This document shows, in pieces, positions 29,599 to 38,773 of a stretch of 59,052 bases of DNA (its first letter is position 1; each line of letters begins with the position of its first letter). A model generated the notes under the pieces. That model had not been told where the DNA came from. It searched no databases and saw only the letters and a list, made by a program, of their open reading frames with translations. The stretch spans positions 1 through 59,052 of the forward strand of contig JACSRQ010000138.1 in assembly GCA_014879675.1 (NCBI GenBank), given 5' to 3'. The DNA is from Ignavibacteria bacterium. Lineage in GTDB: Bacteria; Bacteroidota; Ignavibacteria; Tepidaquicellales; OLB5. A program made the translations under genes and the position numbers.

Positions 29599-30951
29599 AT
29601 GAAAATTAAACTATTAGCGGTTTTTTTTCTACTGTTTTTAGCCGTTCAGAATTCTTATACATACGATTCCACCAGGGTTACATTTGACGAGGCTATGGAT
29701 GCGCTTGATGCTGAAAGCTATGAAGAAGCCGTTCAGCTTTTCGATAGCTATCTCAGAATAGCAACCGGTCATGATGAAGGATATTACCAGAGGGGCAATG
29801 CTTATTATGCCCTGGAGAAGTATGATAAAGCTTTGACTGACTATACCCGTGCTTTCGAAATGGGTTATAAAAAGGACGAAGTTATGTTCTTCAGGATGGG
29901 CAGAATATATGAAGAAAGCAAAGATTACCTTACCGCAATTAACTACTTCAACCAGGCGATCGAAATTGATAAGAAGTATACACAGGCATACGTTGAGCTG
30001 GGCAGACTTTATATGTACACTGATGAACTCACAAAAGCCAGGCAGAACTTTGAGAAAGCACTTCAGCTAGATCCCAATGACGCAGACGCAAATTTCGCGC
30101 TCGGTGAAATGTCGTTTAATTCTGGTAACACTGCCGATGCGATCGACTATTTTGAAAAGGCAGTTAAGCTTGATTCGACAAATACCATGTATTTTTACCA
30201 GCTCGGTTTATCTTACGCAAGCATTAAAGATTCGGTTAATACAATAAAGAGTTTTGACAAGTCTCTGAAAATAGATCCATCCTTCGGGTTAGCGTATTAC
30301 GGGCTCGCCATGCTTTATAAAAATAACAGAAATTATCCCAAAGCCATAGAAAACTATACAAAGGCAATCAATTCCAAAGGAACCGGATTGATGCCGTATT
30401 TTTTATACACTGAAAGGGGAATAGCATACCGCGATGCCGGCGAGACTGAGCAAGCATTGCAGGACTTTGCTTTTGCCATCAAACTAAATGTTAATGATAC
30501 TGATTCTTACCTTGAACGTGGAAAGATCTTGCTTGCAAGAGGTAACGATACCGCTGCCTTTGAGGATTTTAATAAAGTGATCCAGCTTGATGACAAAAAT
30601 GGCCAGGCTTATGCGTACCGCGGCAACATATATTTGAACAGGCTGTTGTATGACCTTGCTGAAGGCGATTTGCGTAAAGCAGTAACTTATGTGCCGGATG
30701 ATACGCTTGTATTATATTCATTGGGTAATATTTTATATCAAAAAGATGATTTTATGGGCGCACTTTCTTATTATGATAAAGCGCTTAAGATAAATCCAAA
30801 ATACAGCGCAGTTTTTGAGAACCGTGGTATATGTTATTACAATCTTGGATTTTATAAATTGGCGGCTGCAGATTTTGAAGCTGCGATGAAGTATAACCCA
30901 TCATTGACCGAAAAATTAAAACCGCTTTATTATGATGCAAAATCGCGCTAA
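29599..30951 (+). CDS. Exported TPR-repeat protein
   Basis: Signal peptide followed by many 34-aa TPR units. Confidence 0.9.
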   Translation: MKIKLLAVFFLLFLAVQNSYTYDSTRVTFDEAMDALDAESYEEAVQLFDSYLRIATGHDEGYYQRGNAYYALEKYDKALTDYTRAFEMGYKKDEVMFFRMGRIYEESKDYLTAINYFNQAIEIDKKYTQAYVELGRLYMYTDELTKARQNFEKALQLDPNDADANFALGEMSFNSGNTADAIDYFEKAVKLDSTNTMYFYQLGLSYASIKDSVNTIKSFDKSLKIDPSFGLAYYGLAMLYKNNRNYPKAIENYTKAINSKGTGLMPYFLYTERGIAYRDAGETEQALQDFAFAIKLNVNDTDSYLERGKILLARGNDTAAFEDFNKVIQLDDKNGQAYAYRGNIYLNRLLYDLAEGDLRKAVTYVPDDTLVLYSLGNILYQKDDFMGALSYYDKALKINPKYSAVFENRGICYYNLGFYKLAAADFEAAMKYNPSLTEKLKPLYYDAKSR

Positions 30952-30975
30952 ATAGCTTTTTTGACGCTCTAGAAA

Positions 30976-31017
30976 CAAAAACAGCATATTTCATCATTTC
31001 TGAAATATGCTGTTTTT
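30976..31017 (+). terminator. Intrinsic terminator
   Basis: AAAAACAGCATATTTCA...TGAAATATGCTGTTTTT stem after the TPR gene. Confidence 0.75.
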
Positions 31018-31168
31018 CGATGATTTCCCTGCATATTTTTCTTTATTAAATTTGTGCATATTGTGTGATAAGATTTTGTTTTTCAGAACTATCTCGTCAT
31101 AAAAATCCGCCATTTATAGTTTTTTTACCAGGCTATTGATCCGGAAATTTGAATTTAAGAATGAAACG

Positions 31169-34100
31169 ATGAAGCGTACACTGGGAAAAAAATACCTGAA
31201 TACCGGATTTGTAATTGGCCTGCTCATTTTGGTTTCCGTAAATGTGGTTATATACCTTAATATAAGCTTTCATTTTGAAGATGAGAAAGTTATTACGAAA
31301 TCTCTCAGGATCATCCAGGCTTCCGAACAATTATATTCAAATATAATTGAAGCCGAAACAAACCGCCGCGGATACCTGATCACCAGCAACGATGAATTCC
31401 TTAAATCCTATTACCCTTCCATGAATTCTATTGATTCCTCATTTACCGTATTGAACAACCTGTTAACATCCCCATCAGAAAAAAGAAACATCGATTCACT
31501 TCAGATGCTGATATTCAACAGGAAAGACCTGCTGCAGGAGTCGCTGGAACTTCAGGAAAAAAGATCCCGTGACATGAAGACACAGATAGAACTGACTGAA
31601 CGAGGGAAGCAAACACTTGACAGGATAAAAGTACTGATCTTAAAAATTCAGCAGGAAGAAACGGAAATTTTGAACAATCGCCTTTTTGAAGCCAGCAGAA
31701 GTTCCAGCTACACTCTTACTAATCTGGTGATTGGAAATGTAATAGCTTTTACGCTCATGATAATTGCCATTGTACTGCTTAACCGCAGTATCAACAGGAG
31801 ACGCGAAACAGAGCAGAAGCTCGAGGATAACAGGAACTGGTTGGCAACAACCCTTGAGAGTATTGGCGATGCAGTAATAGTCACAAGCAAGATCGGCGAA
31901 ATTCTGTTTATGAACAGGGTTGCAGAAAAATTAACAGGCTGGCAAAGCGCAGATGCGACCGGCCTTCTGCTTGATCATATCTTCAGAATATACAATGAAG
32001 ATACCGGCGAGAAGATCGAAGACCCGGTAGCGAAAGTTTTGCGGGAAGGCGAAATCTTTAAACTCAACGAACACACCGTACTTTATACCAAGGATGGCAG
32101 CAGTATCCAAATCGATGACAGCGCTGCACCGATAATAAATGAAAAAGGCGAAATAATTGGTGTAGTACTGGTGTTCAGGAATATCTCAGAAAGGCGTTTG
32201 GCGGAAAGAGAACTGCTGAACAGCAAAAAATTCATTCAAAGAATTGCAGACTCTACTCCCAGCATCCTGTATATCTATGACCTGACCGGTCCTAAAATTA
32301 CATATACCAATTATAAAATAGAAACAATACTTGGCTACTCTCCGGCTGAAGTAATGAAACATGGCCAGAAGTTCTTTGAGAACTATATCCACCCGGATGA
32401 TTTGATAAAGCTTAAAAACACATACCAGAAATATTCCGGTGCTAAAGATGAGGAGATAATTAATTCTGAATACAGGATCAGGAATTCATCCGGCCAGTGG
32501 CGATGGTTCAGAAGCCATGATGTAGTATTTGCACGGGATGAAAAGAACCGCGTTACTGAAATACTTGGCTCGGCTTTTGATATAACAGAGAGGAAACTTC
32601 TTGAAGAAGAGCTTAAAAAATACAGCGGCCACCTTGAAGAGCTGGTTGACATGAGAACTACCGAGCTGCAGAGAACAAATCTCAAGCTAAAGGGCGAGAT
32701 AAATGAGAGGGCAAGGGCTGAAAGGAATATTATAGATGCTGAAGAGAAGTTCCGCAGTCTGGTTGAAAATGCGCTCATCGGGATATATATATTGCAGGAT
32801 GGCCAGTACAGGTATGTTAATCCCCGTTACGAAGAGATCTTCGGCTACGGCAAAGGGGAAATGTCTAAGATAGATATTTGGAGCGTTGTAAACGCGGATG
32901 ACTTACAAAAGGTGAAAGAGAATATCCGCAAACGGATGGATAATGAAGTAGCAAGCATTCAATACACATACCGGGCTGTAAAAAAAGATGGGGCTTTGAT
33001 CGATGTTGAAGTCCGCGGTTCAAAAATGATTTATAACGGCAAGGTTGCGATCATAGGAACCCTGCAGGATATAACCGAAAGGCTGAAAGCTGAAGAAGAA
33101 TTACGCAGTTCCAGGCAGAAGCTGCTGATACATGTAGAACGCACTCCGCTTGCAGTTATTGAATGGGATCTGAATTTCTGCGTTAGCGAATGGAATGCAG
33201 CAGCACAGAGGATATTCGGCTATAGCAGGGAAGAAATATTAAGCAGCAGTGCGAATGTTTTGGTACCTGAATCGTCGCATGCTGATGTTGCTAAGCTCTG
33301 GATGGAGCTGAAGAATAAATCAGGCGGCGAGCGCAGCACAAATGAAAATATCACCAAAGATGGCAGAAAGATACTGTGTGAATGGTATAACACTCCATTG
33401 ATTGATGAATCCGGCAGGGTGATAGGCGTAGCATCGCTGGTTGAAGATATAACCGAAAGAGTAAAAGCCGAAAAAGAGCTCAATAATCAAAAAGAATTCC
33501 TTAGGGCGGTGATCGATACCGATCCAAACTTTGTGTTTGCAAAAGACTGGGACGGGCGGTTTACACTGGTAAACAAAGCAGTTGCTGATAATTACAACAC
33601 ATCCAAAGAAGGTCTTATCGGGAAAACGGATTCTGATTTTAATGCAAGTGCTGAAGAGGTTGAACACTTTCTCAGGGATGACAGGGAAGTAATCTCTACA
33701 GGAAAAACCAAGTTTGTTCCGGAAGAAATGGTTACTAACTCTGAAACCGGTGAAACCAGGTGGTACCAAACAATCAAAGTTCCGCTAAAGGCAGTTGACG
33801 GCTCTTACCAGGTGCTGGGAGTTGCCGCAGATATTACAGCAAGAAAGCTTGCAGAAGAGATCACTAAAAAATCATTAAAGGAAAAAGAGCTGCTTCTGAA
33901 AGAAATACACCACAGGGTAAAAAACAATTTGCAGATAATTGTAAGCCTGCTGAAACTGCAGTCACGTTTTGTATATGATAAGCGGGATCTTGATATTTTC
34001 AACAAGAGCAGGTCCAGGGTTGAAACCATGTCTTTAATTCACGAGAAGTTATACAAATCTACCGATATATCACAGATAGATATTGGCAACTACCTGAGAG

Positions 34101-34501
34101 ATCTTGTTAGCCATTTGTTAAAAGCATATAATGTTAATACCAGCGAGATCGAGTTTTCAATAACATCCGAAAATATATTACTGACCATAGATACATCAAT
34201 ACCTTGCGGACTAATAGTAAACGAACTTATAAATAACATCCTTAAACATGCTTTCCCGCAAGGTCATAAAGGAAAGATATTTATTGATATTAAAAAATGC
34301 GGTGAGAAGATATTGCTTACCGTTTCAGATAATGGTGTAGGTATGCCAGAAAATTTTGAGCCTGATAACAGCGATTCGCTCGGAATGCAGCTTATAGAAA
34401 CCCTGGTAAAACAGCTTGAAGGTGCTGTGACTATGGATAATACAAATGGTACTGCATTTAAAATAGAATTTGAAGAAATTAGATACAAAGAAAGGATATG
34501 A
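31169..34501 (+). CDS. Sensor histidine kinase: CHASE3, multiple PAS/PAC, HisKA_2/HATPase
   Basis: TM-'AETNRRGYLIT'-TM; about 5 PAS/PAC repeats ('DITERK'); 'LLKEIHHRVKNNLQ'; 'NEL..N..KHAF'; 'DNGVG', 'SLGMQLI'. Confidence 0.92.
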   Translation: MKRTLGKKYLNTGFVIGLLILVSVNVVIYLNISFHFEDEKVITKSLRIIQASEQLYSNIIEAETNRRGYLITSNDEFLKSYYPSMNSIDSSFTVLNNLLTSPSEKRNIDSLQMLIFNRKDLLQESLELQEKRSRDMKTQIELTERGKQTLDRIKVLILKIQQEETEILNNRLFEASRSSSYTLTNLVIGNVIAFTLMIIAIVLLNRSINRRRETEQKLEDNRNWLATTLESIGDAVIVTSKIGEILFMNRVAEKLTGWQSADATGLLLDHIFRIYNEDTGEKIEDPVAKVLREGEIFKLNEHTVLYTKDGSSIQIDDSAAPIINEKGEIIGVVLVFRNISERRLAERELLNSKKFIQRIADSTPSILYIYDLTGPKITYTNYKIETILGYSPAEVMKHGQKFFENYIHPDDLIKLKNTYQKYSGAKDEEIINSEYRIRNSSGQWRWFRSHDVVFARDEKNRVTEILGSAFDITERKLLEEELKKYSGHLEELVDMRTTELQRTNLKLKGEINERARAERNIIDAEEKFRSLVENALIGIYILQDGQYRYVNPRYEEIFGYGKGEMSKIDIWSVVNADDLQKVKENIRKRMDNEVASIQYTYRAVKKDGALIDVEVRGSKMIYNGKVAIIGTLQDITERLKAEEELRSSRQKLLIHVERTPLAVIEWDLNFCVSEWNAAAQRIFGYSREEILSSSANVLVPESSHADVAKLWMELKNKSGGERSTNENITKDGRKILCEWYNTPLIDESGRVIGVASLVEDITERVKAEKELNNQKEFLRAVIDTDPNFVFAKDWDGRFTLVNKAVADNYNTSKEGLIGKTDSDFNASAEEVEHFLRDDREVISTGKTKFVPEEMVTNSETGETRWYQTIKVPLKAVDGSYQVLGVAADITARKLAEEITKKSLKEKELLLKEIHHRVKNNLQIIVSLLKLQSRFVYDKRDLDIFNKSRSRVETMSLIHEKLYKSTDISQIDIGNYLRDLVSHLLKAYNVNTSEIEFSITSENILLTIDTSIPCGLIVNELINNILKHAFPQGHKGKIFIDIKKCGEKILLTVSDNGVGMPENFEPDNSDSLGMQLIETLVKQLEGAVTMDNTNGTAFKIEFEEIRYKERI

Positions 34502-34510
34502 CCAATTTTT

Positions 34511-35233
34511 ATGAGAATTAAAATACTCTCAGTTTTGGCAATAATTATCGTTTTTGCAGTTTCATCCTATTCCCAGGGATCTTATTTGCAGGTCTCGTTA
34601 TACGATGACGGCGAGTTTACAGTAACTTTGGATAACATTACTCTCGGCAGCGGAAATTATGCCGAGTTTGATAACCTGCCGGCCGGTGAACACAGCTTGA
34701 AGGTTATTAAGTTGTTGGATAACGATGCAACTGAAATCGCATTTGACGGTAAGATCAAAATTCCTTCAGGTTCAGACCTGTATGCGGTGATTGATGAATA
34801 CAATACATTCACAATATACAAGAAGAAAAAGTACGGTTTCAACAGGTATGTACCCACTGGCGATCAGAGCAGGAAATGCGGTGATGACGGCACAAAGAGC
34901 AATAAGAATAACGAACCTACCTCAAACAGCGGCGAGTGCAAGTTCAAGGTTATGAAGAAAGATGATTACAAAGATCTTAAGAGCAGCATTAATAACCGTA
35001 ACTTTGAATCCTCCAATACTGCCACGCTCAAAACTGCAATTGATAATAATTACTTCACTTCAGACCAGGTAGTAGAACTTTTAAGGTATTTTACATTTGA
35101 AGATTCAAAACTCGAAATAGCGAAGTACATTTACAAAAAAGTTTGTGACCCCGGTAATTTTTTCAAAGTTTATGATGTATTTGATTTTGATTCCAGCGTT
35201 CAGGAATTAAAGAATTACATTTCAGGAAAATAA
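34511..35233 (+). CDS. Exported DUF4476-like protein
   Basis: Signal peptide; C-terminal 'FTSDQV..LL..FTFEDSKLEIAK..Y.K..D..NF..V'. Confidence 0.75.
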   Translation: MRIKILSVLAIIIVFAVSSYSQGSYLQVSLYDDGEFTVTLDNITLGSGNYAEFDNLPAGEHSLKVIKLLDNDATEIAFDGKIKIPSGSDLYAVIDEYNTFTIYKKKKYGFNRYVPTGDQSRKCGDDGTKSNKNNEPTSNSGECKFKVMKKDDYKDLKSSINNRNFESSNTATLKTAIDNNYFTSDQVVELLRYFTFEDSKLEIAKYIYKKVCDPGNFFKVYDVFDFDSSVQELKNYISGK

Positions 35234-35248
35234 TTATTAAATTGCGGT

Positions 35249-35377
35249 ATGAAAAACGAAAATGATGTAAATTATCCAAGCACCGGAGCAAGCACGGGTT
35301 TTGCTGTGGGATTCCTTATATTCTATGTAGTAGTAGTCTTCATAGTATTGGGTGTCTTTTTCAAAATACCGTTCTAA
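35249..35377 (+). CDS. 42-aa single-TM small protein (below the ORF-track cutoff)
   Basis: MKNENDVNYPSTGASTGFAVGFLIFYVVVVFIVLGVFFKIPF*; fills the gap between co-oriented genes. Confidence 0.55.
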   Translation: MKNENDVNYPSTGASTGFAVGFLIFYVVVVFIVLGVFFKIPF

Positions 35378-35438
35378 AAGGGGCTTAAATTTTATTAATT
35401 CACAGGTTTAGTTGACTTAACTAAACCTTTATTTTTAT

Positions 35439-35780
35439 ATGAAGATGAATTGGATCAAACTGGATTCACCAGAAATGCTGCAGGAAATGAAGGCAGCTTC
35501 CGAAAATGAGAAAGTCCTGGTATTAAAATTTAGCCCTAAATGTGCAATAAATTACGTTGTGCGTAACCTCCTCGAAAGGGAGTGGGCAGAGGGCGAAATG
35601 AGTATGAAAACCTATATTGTTGATGTAATTTCCGGCAAAGGCATTTCAGCGCAGATCGAAAAGGATTATGGAGTTGACCATGAGTCCCCCCAGGCTATTG
35701 TTATAGATAAGGGTAAGGTTGTATTCCATGCCTCGCACGGAAAAGTAATATATTCTGAACTTAGAAAATTCGCTAATTAA
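35439..35780 (+). CDS. ytxJ: YtxJ/BrxC (DUF2847) monothiol thioredoxin-like protein
   Basis: 'KFSPKCAIN' and 'GVDHESPQ...V.HASH'. Confidence 0.8.
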   Translation: MKMNWIKLDSPEMLQEMKAASENEKVLVLKFSPKCAINYVVRNLLEREWAEGEMSMKTYIVDVISGKGISAQIEKDYGVDHESPQAIVIDKGKVVFHASHGKVIYSELRKFAN

Positions 35781-35792
35781 TTATCCGGTATT

Positions 35793-36674
35793 ATGGCAAC
35801 TCGACTTCAGGTTCCTAAAATGTATAAGCTTTATATCGGCGGCAAGTTCACCAGAACGGAATCCGAGCGGTATATGGCGGCTCTAAACCCGAAAACAGGC
35901 GATAAGCTCTGCAATGTATCAAAAGCATCACGTAAGGATGCGAGAAATGCAGTTGTGGCTGCAAGGGCGGGATTCAACTCATGGTCAGGTAAAACCGGCT
36001 ATGAAAGGGGACAGATATTATACCGCTTGGCAGAAATGCTTGAGGGAAGAAAAGATCAGTTAGCACACGAGATATTCCTTTCAATGAAAGTTACTAAGTC
36101 ACATGCTTTAAAAGAAGTTATGAAGTCCATTGACAGGATAATCTGGTATGCAGGTCTGGCTGATAAATACTCACAGCTCATTGGCACGGTCAATTCCGTA
36201 CAGTCAGGTTACTTCAACTTTTCTATGCCCGAGCCAACCGGAATTGTTACAATTTTACTGCCTGAAGAGCTGCCCATGCTGGCACTTATCAGCAGATTAT
36301 GCCCGGTCATTGCAAGCGGAAATTCATGCATTATTGTTGCATCGGAAACCGCGCCGCTGCCTGCATTAACATTTTCGGAAATTGCCGCAACCAGCGATGT
36401 TCCGGCAGGCGTGATAAACATTCTCACCGGCAGCAAAAAGGAGCTTGTACCGCATCTTGCGGGGCACATGGATGTTAATTCATTCGATTACGCTGAATCA
36501 AATCCTGCTTTCAAAAAAGATGTTCAAACCTCATGCGCTAATAATATAAAGAGATTTGTGTATTCAGCGCATAAAAATCCCGCTGAGTATTACAATGATG
36601 ACCTCAACGAGAACATCATGCAGGTGCAGAATTTTGTTGAGATAAAGACAGTCTGGCATACAATGGGGCTTTAA
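35793..36674 (+). CDS. Short aldehyde dehydrogenase-family protein (Rossmann-only, ALDH16 C-terminal-like)
   Basis: 'YKLYIGGKFTRTES', 'ASRKDARNAV.AAR', 'HMDVN', 'EIKTVWH'; no catalytic Cys domain. Confidence 0.85.
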   Translation: MATRLQVPKMYKLYIGGKFTRTESERYMAALNPKTGDKLCNVSKASRKDARNAVVAARAGFNSWSGKTGYERGQILYRLAEMLEGRKDQLAHEIFLSMKVTKSHALKEVMKSIDRIIWYAGLADKYSQLIGTVNSVQSGYFNFSMPEPTGIVTILLPEELPMLALISRLCPVIASGNSCIIVASETAPLPALTFSEIAATSDVPAGVINILTGSKKELVPHLAGHMDVNSFDYAESNPAFKKDVQTSCANNIKRFVYSAHKNPAEYYNDDLNENIMQVQNFVEIKTVWHTMGL

Positions 36675-36702
36675 ACAGAAATGTCAAATCTAGAAATATT
36701 CA

Positions 36703-37233
36703 ATGTCAAATATAAATGAAGGCTACCTCATTACGGATTTAAAAGGATATACACCGGAAATTGGAAGGCTGGTATCAATGATGAATTATGCCAGAAGCGT
36801 GACAATTGACTCTGTAAGAAACTTATCACCCTCTCAATTAGATTTCCTTCTTGATGAAAAAGCAAATTCTATTGGCGCTTTGTTGATGCATATAGCATCA
36901 ACTGATTTCTTCTTCCGGATATTTAGTTTCGAAAAACGGGAGCTAACTACAGAAGAAGATGAAGAGTGGGCACCTGCTTCTTATCTGGATGAGCCTGCAA
37001 GAAAGCACATCAAGGGCAACAGTGTAGAGTATTATCTTGAAGTTTTAATGAACGAACGTAACAAAGTACTGGATAAACTTAAAACAGTAAATGACGCCTG
37101 GCTTTATGAAGAAGTCCCTTTTTGGAATAATAAACCTGCCAATAATTATTTCATGTGGTTTCATGTTTTTGAAGATGAAATCAACCACCGCGGGCAGATC
37201 AACCTATTGAGAAAGCGCATCCCTAATACCTAA
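36703..37233 (+). CDS. DinB family protein
   Basis: 'NSIGALLMHIA', 'WFHVFEDEINHRGQI'. Confidence 0.88.
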   Translation: MSNINEGYLITDLKGYTPEIGRLVSMMNYARSVTIDSVRNLSPSQLDFLLDEKANSIGALLMHIASTDFFFRIFSFEKRELTTEEDEEWAPASYLDEPARKHIKGNSVEYYLEVLMNERNKVLDKLKTVNDAWLYEEVPFWNNKPANNYFMWFHVFEDEINHRGQINLLRKRIPNT

Positions 37234-37301
37234 ACTCAGAACTACGCAGTGCCGAAGTATGTTATTTCTTATAACTTGTTGTTAAACATATTCTATTTAT
37301 T

Positions 37302-37775
37302 ATGAAAAACCTACTTAAGCTTATTGTTTGTATTGCTATTTGCCAACTCGCGGGAGTAATAGGTTCAATTTTTACAATGGATAACATTTCAACCTGGTAC
37401 CCGACACTAACAAAACCGCCATTACAGCCGCCTAACTGGATATTCGGGCCGGTATGGATAACTCTCTATGTACTAATGGGTATCTCATTGTTTCTTGTCA
37501 TCAAAAAAGGTTTTGATGCCCCCGGAGTTAAATCTGCCACCGGATTGTTTGCCGCGCAGCTTATATTGAATGCTTTATGGTCGATCGTATTTTTCGGAAT
37601 GCATGAGCTACTTTTTTCGATAGTTATTATCGCCGCATTATGGCTGCTGATACTGCTGACCATGCTGAAATTCAAGCCTATCTCATTAACTGCGGCAGTA
37701 TTGTTATTGCCATACCTGCTTTGGGTTAGCTTTGCTTCGTATCTTAACAGCGCGATATATGTGCTGAATAAGTGA
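37302..37775 (+). CDS. tspO: TspO/MBR family protein
   Basis: 'WYPTLTKP..QPPNWIFGPVW', 'LNALWS..FFG', 'LLPYLLWVSFA'. Confidence 0.95.
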   Translation: MKNLLKLIVCIAICQLAGVIGSIFTMDNISTWYPTLTKPPLQPPNWIFGPVWITLYVLMGISLFLVIKKGFDAPGVKSATGLFAAQLILNALWSIVFFGMHELLFSIVIIAALWLLILLTMLKFKPISLTAAVLLLPYLLWVSFASYLNSAIYVLNK

Positions 37776-37928
37776 GGTATTAGAAACTTTTGGCTTGGAT
37801 GAGGATATTCAGAAGCGAACCCCCGATGTTGATTCACTAAGGAAACTGATTCAGTTCAATCAGCATTAAATGAGAACTCGGAAAATCGTCCCCCCTTTTG
37901 AGAAGCGAAAGGGGGGACAAAGCGAAAT

Positions 37929-38660
37929 GACTCCGTAGGAGTCACACATTTATAGTGATAAGATGTAGATACAATCGACCCCAGCGGGGTCGCACATAAG
38001 GTTGAGTGCATCTTTCATTCACTGATGTCACTTTTGTTGATTAACTGGTTTTCAATATCTTTCAATTCATTGATGATTTAGGTCTAGATACCTGCCTTCG
38101 CAGGTATGACAAGCGGATGCGGTATGACAAGCGGAAATGTTATCCCTAAGAAATCTTCCCCTTTATAAGGAGGATTTAATTTTCGTGTTGACTCCGTAGG
38201 AGTCACACATTTATAGAGATTGAATACAAAAAGCCCTCGACCCCAGCGGGGTCGCACATAAGTTATTAAAAAAATCTTTGACAAGACATTATTTTTGTTG
38301 ATTTACCGGTGCTAAAAATCTACCAATTCTGCTTTCATTTTCATCTAGATACCTGCCTTCGCAGGTATGACAAGCGGATGCAGAATGACAAGCGGAAAAT
38401 GTTATCCCAAGCGATCTTCCCCTTTATAAGGAGGATTTAATTTTCGTTTTGACTCCGTAGGAGTCACACATTTATAGAGATAATATGTGGAATCTATCGA
38501 CCCCAGCGTGGTCGCACATGAGGTTGAGTGCATCTTTCATTCACTGATGTCACTTTTGTTGATTAACTGGTGCTCAATATCTTTCAATTCATTGATGATT
38601 TAGGTCTAGATACCTGCCTTCGCCATGCGGAGCTTGGCAGGCAGGAATGACAAGCGGAAA
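37929..38660. repeat. Tandem array of three composite REP-like units, 261 bp period (BIME-like)
   Basis: GACTCCGTAGGAGTC at 37929/38190/38451; TCTAGATACCTGCCTTCG at 38083/38344/38605. Confidence 0.92.
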
Positions 38661-38773
38661 TGGGCTGATTCTATAAGAATCAATTAAAATCTTTAATTAT
38701 GAAACTTATTTGGGTATATTGCGGTATATAAGTATAGTAAAAACACTGAAATTCAAGGAGATACCATAAAATA

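Noticed and set aside
35793-36674. ALDH pseudogene
   Set aside because: The ORF is intact with its own N- and C-terminal motifs, matching the short non-catalytic partner type.
38084-38284. 66-aa ORF; also 17242-17619, 56596-56847 and 56621-56836
   Set aside because: These are translations of palindromic repeats (e.g. VIPAKAGI, VRPRWGR, VAQTFLSV), not credible genes.
37929-38660. CRISPR array
   Set aside because: The period is 261 bp, spacers 1 and 3 are nearly identical, the constituent hairpins are dispersed elsewhere, and there are no cas genes.
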